NCBI GenBank assembly: GCA_035531115.1 | Contig: DATKTP010000150.1 | Location: 1 to 47,972 of the forward strand | Length of the DNA: 47,972 nucleotides | Direction: 5' to 3' | From: Candidatus Deferrimicrobium sp. | Lineage (GTDB): Archaea; Asgardarchaeota; Lokiarchaeia; Helarchaeales; HEL-GB-A | Shown: positions 1 to 7,080 of the stretch, piece after piece | How the letters are laid out: each line of letters opens with the position of its first letter | How positions within the stretch are numbered: the first letter of the stretch is position 1 | The notes under the pieces: generated by a model | Databases searched by the model: none | Told to the model about the DNA's origin: nothing | The model's input: only the letters and a program-made list of their open reading frames with translations | Program-made: the position numbers and the translations under genes

Positions 1-2
1 AA

Positions 3-662
3 CCTGGCAAGTCCGAAAGCGAGATTAGTCGAAAACATGTTTGTTTGGAGCGAGAAGACGGTTTATTTACGTTAGTGGGTGGAAAATATACAACATTCAG
101 GGTTATGGCTGAAGATCTAATGCGAAAATATATCTTAAAAAGTAAAAAGGTAGATCTCACAAGGAATAGTACATTAGATGTCTCTGATGCCAAAAATATA
201 GCGAAAAAACCCTTTAATATTGCTTTAAAACGAAAGGAATTTGAAGAAAATCCTCAATATACGGCTGCAAAAAGAACAATAGATCCCAATATCTTAGATC
301 ATTTATATAATGAATTTGGGCATGGCGCCTTTCCAATTATTAATAAAATTTTACAAGATCCTAAATTTGGGGCCCGCCTATTGGAAGATCCCAAATATCC
401 ACCCAAATATTTCCCATGGACAAAAGAAGAAGTTATTTACATAATTCAACATGAAATTCCACGCCATTTGAATGATGTACTCTGCCGACGGACTGAAATT
501 TGCTGGTTAGTCGATCCTTCTAAACAACGTAAAATCGCTGAAGCCACCGCTGAAATCATGGGTGATATACTTGGGTGGGATAAAGTGAGAAGACAAAGCG
601 AAATCAATTTCTATCTTTCATATATTAAAGCAAACTCAATTTTTTATAAAGGTGAGTTGTGA
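3..662 (+). CDS. FAD-dependent glycerol-3-phosphate dehydrogenase (GlpA/GlpD family), C-terminal part; 5' end lies outside the window
   Basis: The frame is open from nt 3 (PGKSESEISRKHVCLEREDGLFTLVGGKYTTFRVMAEDL), so the ORF-track start at 45 is internal. It has the GGK-x-TT-x-R motif and a helical C-terminal tail typical of GlpD/GlpA. An FGGY kinase gene follows 27 nt downstream. Confidence 0.6.
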   Translation, partial: PGKSESEISRKHVCLEREDGLFTLVGGKYTTFRVMAEDLMRKYILKSKKVDLTRNSTLDVSDAKNIAKKPFNIALKRKEFEENPQYTAAKRTIDPNILDHLYNEFGHGAFPIINKILQDPKFGARLLEDPKYPPKYFPWTKEEVIYIIQHEIPRHLNDVLCRRTEICWLVDPSKQRKIAEATAEIMGDILGWDKVRRQSEINFYLSYIKANSIFYKGEL

Positions 663-688
663 TTAGTCATTTTTAGAGGGATATATAG

Positions 689-2152
689 ATGAATGAAATT
701 ATACTTGTATTTGATGTGGGCACAACCGGAGCCCGTAGTATTGTCTACGATATTGAGGGTAGAGAAATTTTAAAGTTTTATGAAGAATATAAGATTGAAC
801 GACAACCACCCGGAATATCCGAGCAGGATCCACTGATTTGGTGGAATGCAATTAAAAATACTTGTAACAAAATTGTAAATAATAAAGCCATTAATCCAAC
901 TGACATAATCGGGATATGTGCTGCTTTTCATAGAGCAACAACTACCATAATGGATAAAACTGGTGCTATTTTACATCCAGCACTAACGTGGATGGATGAG
1001 CGAGAGGTTACAGATATAAAAGAATTCCAAACGGAGGGTGGTCTTCGAAGAGCAATTCCCAAGATCCTATGGCTCAAAAACAATCACCCTGAATTATATA
1101 ATAAAACATTCAAAATTATTTCCCCAGATTCCTTTTTCTATATGAAATTATGTGGCGAAATTGTAACCGACCCCTCTAATGCTATTTATGGGATTCTAAA
1201 CCTGGATACTTTACAATGGGATACAAATTTGGCGGAGATATATAATATTCCCCTCGATCTATGGCCCGAACTCCGACAATCAGGAGAAATCATTGGTGAA
1301 CTGTCTAGTGAAGCTGCTGGCGAATTAGGATTGAAAAAAGGGTTGCCGATTATAGCAGGGGGCGGTGATCAACAATGCGCCGCGTTAGGATTGGGCGTCA
1401 TACAAGATGGTCAAGCCAAAGCCACCACAGGAACCGGCACTTTCGTCGATTATGTGGTTGATCATCCTATTGCGGGACCAGGGGATATTCCTATTTTCCC
1501 ATTGCCCCATGTAGTAAAGGGGAAATGGGTCATCGAGGGAACTGTGCCTGGTACGGGAACTGCGTTAAAATGGTTTCGAGATAATTTTTCACAACTGCAA
1601 ACTAAGGAGTGCGAGGAAAAAAATATGAATATCTATGATACTTTAATGCGCGAAGCAGCTCAAGTTCCCCCTGCAAGTGAAGGGTTGCTATTCCTCCCTC
1701 TCTATATTTTCAAGAAAGGTTCTATTTATGGCTTAGGTTTTGGGCACACACGCGGTCATTTTATTCGTGCAATTATGGAATCAGCTGCACTAAGTGCGCA
1801 ACTTTATCTGTCATTGCTGGAAGGGATGGGCGGGAAAAAGACGCAAGAGTTACGAGTTGATGGTGGTGCCATGAACAGTGATTTGTGGTGCCAAATTTTT
1901 GCAGATGTTATCAAAAAGCCTATTCTAGTAGCGGAAAATAAAGATGGTGCAGCTTTAGGTGCTGCAATATTGGGATTTACTGGTCTGAAAAAATTTTCTA
2001 CCTATGAAGACGCTATTCGCAATATGGTTCGATTTATGGCGACTAAAGAACCAAATCAAGAGCATTCAAAGATTTACAAAAAATTAATTCGTATCTTTAT
2101 GCCTGCAATGTTGGAGATACTCAATAAGAAGAGAATAACTGGTGATTTGTAA
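689..2152 (+). CDS. FGGY-family carbohydrate kinase (glycerol/xylulose kinase-like)
   Basis: 487 aa. It has the N-terminal DVGTTGARS motif, GGGDQQCAALG, and the C-domain motif VDGGAMNSDLWCQIFADV. It lies next to the glpD-like gene. Confidence 0.8.
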   Translation: MNEIILVFDVGTTGARSIVYDIEGREILKFYEEYKIERQPPGISEQDPLIWWNAIKNTCNKIVNNKAINPTDIIGICAAFHRATTTIMDKTGAILHPALTWMDEREVTDIKEFQTEGGLRRAIPKILWLKNNHPELYNKTFKIISPDSFFYMKLCGEIVTDPSNAIYGILNLDTLQWDTNLAEIYNIPLDLWPELRQSGEIIGELSSEAAGELGLKKGLPIIAGGGDQQCAALGLGVIQDGQAKATTGTGTFVDYVVDHPIAGPGDIPIFPLPHVVKGKWVIEGTVPGTGTALKWFRDNFSQLQTKECEEKNMNIYDTLMREAAQVPPASEGLLFLPLYIFKKGSIYGLGFGHTRGHFIRAIMESAALSAQLYLSLLEGMGGKKTQELRVDGGAMNSDLWCQIFADVIKKPILVAENKDGAALGAAILGFTGLKKFSTYEDAIRNMVRFMATKEPNQEHSKIYKKLIRIFMPAMLEILNKKRITGDL

Positions 2153-2255
2153 ATTTTTACCTTCTGAATTTTTTCATTTTAATCCGTAATAGTAACTTTT
2201 ATATGTATATGATTAAAATCACTTTCAAGAATATCTTCAATAAAGGCGTATATTC

Positions 2256-2423
2256 ATGACTACATCATACGTAAATAAGAAGGCACAAGAAACGGTTAGT
2301 TGTGTTTTATGTGAAAAAGTGACAGAACGCGGTTCCATGTATATTGAACGAATAACTGATGGAAAATCGGAGCCTATCTGCCATTTTTGTTATTATAACT
2401 TAAAAAAAGAGAATAAATTATAA
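2256..2423 (+). CDS. small (55 aa) CxxC...CxxC zinc-ribbon protein, not in the ORF track
   Basis: Hand translation gives MTTSYVNKKAQETVSCVLCEKVTERGSMYIERITDGKSEPICHFCYYNLKKENKL. It has an ATG start and TAA stop, two CxxC pairs 22 residues apart, and sits in an otherwise empty 312-nt gap. Confidence 0.35.
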   Translation: MTTSYVNKKAQETVSCVLCEKVTERGSMYIERITDGKSEPICHFCYYNLKKENKL

Positions 2424-2464
2424 TTCAAATCTTTTTTCTAAGCATTTTAACATACTGCAGGTCT

Positions 2465-3589
2465 TTATTCAATGTCTGTTGGTTGTTGTTTCCAATACCT
2501 GCCATATGCAATCCAATCTGGATATTTTTCAAATACTTCTTTCATAACTGGATTCTCAAAAAGGAAAATCCGTTTATATCGGAGATGCTTTTCAAGATCA
2601 TCTATATTCGTAATTTGATTGCATTCGAGATGAAAAACCGTTTTATTATCTGATAGATTTTGCACTGAACTGATCTGATTGTATCCAAGTAATACAAGAT
2701 TGAGTTGAACCGGGAAATCATTTCCAATAATTTCAGTAATGTGATTATTATCAAGTTCTAGATACTTTAATGCTGTTAATGAGTAAATACCATCTATTTT
2801 ATTAACACTATTAAATTTTAAACGCAAAATTTTCAGATTTTTTAAAGATGATAACCCCTCAATTAATTTTATTTGGTTGTTATTTAAATTCAGTTCATTG
2901 AGTTCAGTGAGATTTTCTAACCCTTCGATTTTTCCAATTCGATTTCCCTCCAGATTTAGCTCAGAAAGATTTCTGAGTGAATCTAACCCTTCAATTCGTG
3001 AAATATGATTGTACTCCAAGTTTAAAGAACGAAGTGCTGTTAAAGTATTTAAACCGCGGATCTCTGCAGGATCGTTATGAGAAAGATTCAATTTGATAAG
3101 TTTATTTAGATTCTCTAAGCCCTTTACCATTTGTATATTGTTATAGGAGAGATCTAGTTCCTCGAGATTTATTAATGCATCTAACTTTTTTATTTCAAAT
3201 AACCGATTATGAGAAAGATTTAGATGCTTAAGAGAGGTCAAATTATCTAAACCATTTATCTCTCCTATCTTATTATTCATACAAAATAAACTCTCGATTC
3301 TAGGAAAATGGTCTAAACCCTTTAAATCTTCAATTTGATTATTATTTAAAGATAAAGAACGTAGTTTAGGTAATTTTTCTAATAATATTAACCCTTCTAA
3401 ATTCCTAATCTTGTTATTATTCAGTTCCAAATACTTGAGCTTTCCCAGAGATTCCAGTCCTTCGACTTCTGAAAGATCTGAAAGTCTCTGATTGGATAAG
3501 TCTAATAATCCCCCCCTAGTTAGCCCAATCTTTTCACCATGTAGAACAATAGAGTCCGACATATTGGTATTTCCAATAAAGGTATTCAT
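2465..3589 (-). CDS. leucine-rich repeat protein with 22-residue SDS22/internalin-type repeats
   Basis: About 13 consecutive repeats fit the pattern LxxLxxLxLxxNxIxxIEGLExL (for example LKYLELNNNKIRNLEGL, LRSLNLEYNHISRIEGLDSL). Confidence 0.85.
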   Translation of the reverse strand: MNTFIGNTNMSDSIVLHGEKIGLTRGGLLDLSNQRLSDLSEVEGLESLGKLKYLELNNNKIRNLEGLILLEKLPKLRSLSLNNNQIEDLKGLDHFPRIESLFCMNNKIGEINGLDNLTSLKHLNLSHNRLFEIKKLDALINLEELDLSYNNIQMVKGLENLNKLIKLNLSHNDPAEIRGLNTLTALRSLNLEYNHISRIEGLDSLRNLSELNLEGNRIGKIEGLENLTELNELNLNNNQIKLIEGLSSLKNLKILRLKFNSVNKIDGIYSLTALKYLELDNNHITEIIGNDFPVQLNLVLLGYNQISSVQNLSDNKTVFHLECNQITNIDDLEKHLRYKRIFLFENPVMKEVFEKYPDWIAYGRYWKQQPTDIE

Positions 3590-3620
3590 GATTACCTTTT
3601 TAAAAAAAGGAATATTAATT

Positions 3621-4808
3621 TTATTTATCTTTATTTAAAAAGAGAATAAATAGTTTTTTCTCCTCAAAACGTGCGCTTCCTACTTTTAGATTTTTAGCAA
3701 TAGCAGGAAGAAGGAGAATTCGTTTATAATCTCCGATTTCAATAATTAATTCTTCCCCTTTTTTTCGAATTTTTGTTTCTCCTTTTTTTACGAAGGGTAA
3801 ATTAATGGTCATAATGATATTTCCTTCGAGATCAGTATCAATAGTAAAAGGCTTTTCATGGGAATAAACTTCCGTCGGATCACCTTTTTCACCATACATT
3901 TCCGTTGCTACTTGTTCGAGTAATTTTAATCCAATAACTTCTTCTTCTTTCAAATGAATTTTCAGTAATTTTAAAGGATAAAAAGTGGTTTCTATTCGTT
4001 GCATATATTTTTTTTGCGTTTCTTTCCATTTTTTAAAATATGGATCATTAATCGTTTCTGGTATAACTTTATTAATACAAAGTGCGTCAATATTTAGACC
4101 ATAAAGATTCATAAATGTTAGAGCTCGTTCACTTTCTAGAATTGGCATTTTTTCAAGGTTAGTTACAACGCGCACCGTCGTTTTTGTGGTTTCAACAAGA
4201 AGATTTCGCATATCATTCACCCGTTCCATCAAGCCTTGCATCTGTCCAAAAAAAAGTTCATCAGGAATTGGGGTTCGAACGACTTGTTCTGTTGTTTCTC
4301 GCAAGGGTTCAAAAATACGCATAATCCCCCGTTGAATTCGTAATAAATATTTCCCAAACAAACTAAAGACTTGAGGAAAACTGAGCAATCGAAATGTATG
4401 CCCTGTCGGAGCTGTATCCAGGACGATAACTTCGAATTTATTTATATATTCACTTATTTTTAAAATGGAAAATAATTCATCTAAACCTGGAAGTGCAACC
4501 ATTTCACTAGCAATAGCAGCTTCAATCCCTCTAGATTGAAAAAGACGTGTTAGAAAATTCCTAACAACCCCATAATTTTGCTCTATTTCCCGCTCTAATT
4601 CGATTTGAAGCCCATACAGATTTTTTCGAATTTCTCTCGGTTCTTCTACTCCTAATTCTACATCTAGACAGTCAGAGAGTGCCTGAACCGGATCACTTGA
4701 TAAAACAAGTGTCTTTTTTCCAATTTTAGCACATTGTAGGGCTGTGGCTGCTGCACAGGTCGTCTTACCAACTCCACCTTTCCCTGTAAAAATAAGTGTT
4801 CGTGCCAT
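3621..4808 (-). CDS. ArsA/Get3-family ATPase with C-terminal HSP20-like domain
   Basis: It has the deviant Walker A GKGGVGKTT, SSDPVQALSD, and the switch II signature DTAPTGHTFRLL. The C-terminal ~85 aa (IIMTINLPFVKKGETKIRKKGEELIIEIGDYKRILLLP) look like an alpha-crystallin/HSP20 beta-sandwich. Confidence 0.85.
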   Translation of the reverse strand: MARTLIFTGKGGVGKTTCAAATALQCAKIGKKTLVLSSDPVQALSDCLDVELGVEEPREIRKNLYGLQIELEREIEQNYGVVRNFLTRLFQSRGIEAAIASEMVALPGLDELFSILKISEYINKFEVIVLDTAPTGHTFRLLSFPQVFSLFGKYLLRIQRGIMRIFEPLRETTEQVVRTPIPDELFFGQMQGLMERVNDMRNLLVETTKTTVRVVTNLEKMPILESERALTFMNLYGLNIDALCINKVIPETINDPYFKKWKETQKKYMQRIETTFYPLKLLKIHLKEEEVIGLKLLEQVATEMYGEKGDPTEVYSHEKPFTIDTDLEGNIIMTINLPFVKKGETKIRKKGEELIIEIGDYKRILLLPAIAKNLKVGSARFEEKKLFILFLNKDK

Positions 4809-4880
4809 TTAAGTACCCCGGTAAAATTACATTATTATTTTTATAACTATTTTTTTCATTTTTTTACCAGCTTAAATCTC

Positions 4881-5873
4881 TTAAGCCAAATAATATTCTA
4901 TTTTATTTCCCTCTTTAATGGATTTGATTAATTTTTTCTCTTCTAAATCTTGAAGATATTTAGCAATCCAAAACTGTTGGGTTCTCATCAAGATCCGATA
5001 AATCAATTGATGTGCAAAATGTGTTCGTCGAAAAATATAAGGCAGCATCCCTTTTGAGGTAAGAGGTTGTTTTTGTTTCAGTAGGGTAAGAATACGTTTT
5101 TCAGCAATGTCCATATCTCGCAAAAAAATTTGATAATTATGTTTTTCACTTTGCGCTTCTTGGGGTCGCTGATGCCCTCTTACCATCGTTTTAACGTCAT
5201 ATTGGTTTGAATATGCTAGAATTTTCAAAATGGAATTTCGGAAATCTTCAATACTTGTATGAATGTAAGGAGTCCAAGGAATCATATCCCCTGTAAAAAG
5301 AACTCTATTCCTTTTTTCAAGTAAACAAATACTATCATCGCTATGTCCAGGAGTGAAAAAGACTTCTAATTTAATATTCCCTAGATCTATTATTTCCCCC
5401 TCATAAATTGTGGTAACTTCATTCAATCTCTTTCCTCGTCTATTTACAAAGAAATTATATCCCATTAAAATCAAACGACGATAGAGCCAATTATATCTAC
5501 TATGAAAAATGCGTGGGAAAGCTTCTTCAACCAATTCCCAATATTCAAAGGCTTCAAATCCAGCTTTGCTATGTTTCAAAATAGGAATTGCATTTTTATG
5601 AGCGATTACCTCTGCACCAAACTCCTCCGCAAGCTTTCCTGCGTTTTGGCAATGATCAATATGAGAATGAGAAATAATTATCTTATCCAGTGTATTTATC
5701 CCTAAGGATTTTAGAACCTTCCGGATATAGCTAACATTTCCATCAAAGGTTGAACCGCAATCAATCAAAGTGGGATTCCCAGCCCTAATTATATTAATAT
5801 TTGCATTTGCCCACTCATTCCCTCGCGGGCGAAGCACAAAAATATCTTTTCTAATGCGATGTAATCGTGGCAT
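4881..5873 (-). CDS. metallo-beta-lactamase-fold hydrolase
   Basis: It has the HSHIDHCQ (HxHxDH) motif and a downstream TPGHSDDS motif. 330 aa. Confidence 0.8.
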   Translation of the reverse strand: MPRLHRIRKDIFVLRPRGNEWANANINIIRAGNPTLIDCGSTFDGNVSYIRKVLKSLGINTLDKIIISHSHIDHCQNAGKLAEEFGAEVIAHKNAIPILKHSKAGFEAFEYWELVEEAFPRIFHSRYNWLYRRLILMGYNFFVNRRGKRLNEVTTIYEGEIIDLGNIKLEVFFTPGHSDDSICLLEKRNRVLFTGDMIPWTPYIHTSIEDFRNSILKILAYSNQYDVKTMVRGHQRPQEAQSEKHNYQIFLRDMDIAEKRILTLLKQKQPLTSKGMLPYIFRRTHFAHQLIYRILMRTQQFWIAKYLQDLEEKKLIKSIKEGNKIEYYLA

Positions 5874-6013
5874 TTTTCAATCAAATAGTAAATCAATAAA
5901 GAGAATAAAAAATTATCTTTTTTCTAATATCCAAATAAATATCTCAATACCAAATTTCCTTTGCAATGAAGAAGAGATTTCAGCTGAGAGGGGAGATCCG
6001 CCGAGATTTTGCC

Positions 6014-6412
6014 TTAAACTCCTCCAACGCGCCGTGCTTTCATTTTCCATTTCTTTTTAAAACGCTCTGTCTTATATTCAAGCCTGTCCCTGCCCTTTTG
6101 TTTAATTGCCCCGTATTGATCTGCTAATTTCATTAGTAAAGCTTTCGCATCCTTATTAATAATTGAAGCTGGATTCAGTAATCTGTCTATTATTTCCTTG
6201 CTATCTGCATTTTCTTCCAATCCCAGAGTTTTTAGCTGGATCATATATGAAGAAGTTGTCCATGTCTTTTCTTTTTTTAATAAACCTTTCACGCGAACAA
6301 TTTCGCCCTTCTTTGTAAGAAAGTTACTCTTGCTTTCCGTTATTTGCTTTGGTTCGTGAATATAAATTGTTACATATACTTCTTTTGGTTCTTGATTTTC
6401 TTCTTTAGGCAT
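6014..6412 (-). CDS. hypothetical basic protein ending in RRVGGV
   Basis: 132-aa ORF. Its ATG lies 3 nt after the stop of the upstream longin-like gene, suggesting translational coupling. I recognised no family. The C-terminus is KMKARRVGGV. Confidence 0.5.
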   Translation of the reverse strand: MPKEENQEPKEVYVTIYIHEPKQITESKSNFLTKKGEIVRVKGLLKKEKTWTTSSYMIQLKTLGLEENADSKEIIDRLLNPASIINKDAKALLMKLADQYGAIKQKGRDRLEYKTERFKKKWKMKARRVGGV

Positions 6413-6415
6413 GAT

Positions 6416-7051
6416 CTAGTCCTTCTTTTCATCATTTTTGGATATTATTCGTTTTAGTGCGCTTCTTACTTTCTTTGGTGCGTCTATTAAAAAATTTGGT
6501 GGATAGAATCTATTCATTTTATCGGTTATATTTTCTAAAAATCCAACCGTGTGGTCTAATTTTTCAAGTTCATTCTTATCCTTTGGAACGAATAGATTTG
6601 TAAATTTCTCAATTAATTTTTCAAATGAGCCTTTATTAATAAAATTAAAATCAATTTTATGGAGTTTAAGACCCTTACTATTCAAAATTTTGTCTAACTC
6701 TGTATCGAATTTCTGAAATACGGTAATATCATTGTTCCATATTGGGATAATTTCTCCAAATTCACGAAAAAAAGCTTCTTCAATTAAATCAATTTTTTCC
6801 CGAATTTTATCCTCCCGATCATCAGAATCGGCTGCAACCACAAAAATAATTTTTTGGTCCGTATATTTGTAATATAGGATAATATCATCAAGATTAATGC
6901 TTTTTAACTGCCGCTGGCTAATTTCCTTAGAAAAAGATAAAATTGCTACGAGAAATCCTGAGAACAATTGTTCATTTATGTTTAAATCTCGATATTCACG
7001 GTAATAAAGACACTTTCCGTCCGTATGGACGACCCAGATACCGGTAATCAT
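6416..7051 (-). CDS. longin-like (AP sigma / SNARE-like fold) domain protein
   Basis: The N-terminal ~105 aa read MITGIWVVHTDGKCLYYREY...LFSGFLVAILSFSKEI...IILYYKYTDQKIIFVVAADSDDREDKIREKIDLIEEAFFREFG. This mirrors the adaptor sigma-chain/longin pattern (MI-x-h-h-h-x-G-K-x-L-x-x-Y, then hhYrrY..hhFvv..d..dNe...le.I..fve.ld..Fg). Confidence 0.5.
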   Translation of the reverse strand: MITGIWVVHTDGKCLYYREYRDLNINEQLFSGFLVAILSFSKEISQRQLKSINLDDIILYYKYTDQKIIFVVAADSDDREDKIREKIDLIEEAFFREFGEIIPIWNNDITVFQKFDTELDKILNSKGLKLHKIDFNFINKGSFEKLIEKFTNLFVPKDKNELEKLDHTVGFLENITDKMNRFYPPNFLIDAPKKVRSALKRIISKNDEKKD

Positions 7052-7080
7052 TATTTAGCCTCAAGATCTATTGCCTATTT

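Noticed and set aside
5502-6060. Plus-strand ORFs 5502-5705 and 5770-6060
   Set aside because: They are antisense to the MBL hydrolase gene, which has an intact HxHxDH motif, and to its upstream region. Their composition is hydrophobic and low-complexity, and no motif is present.
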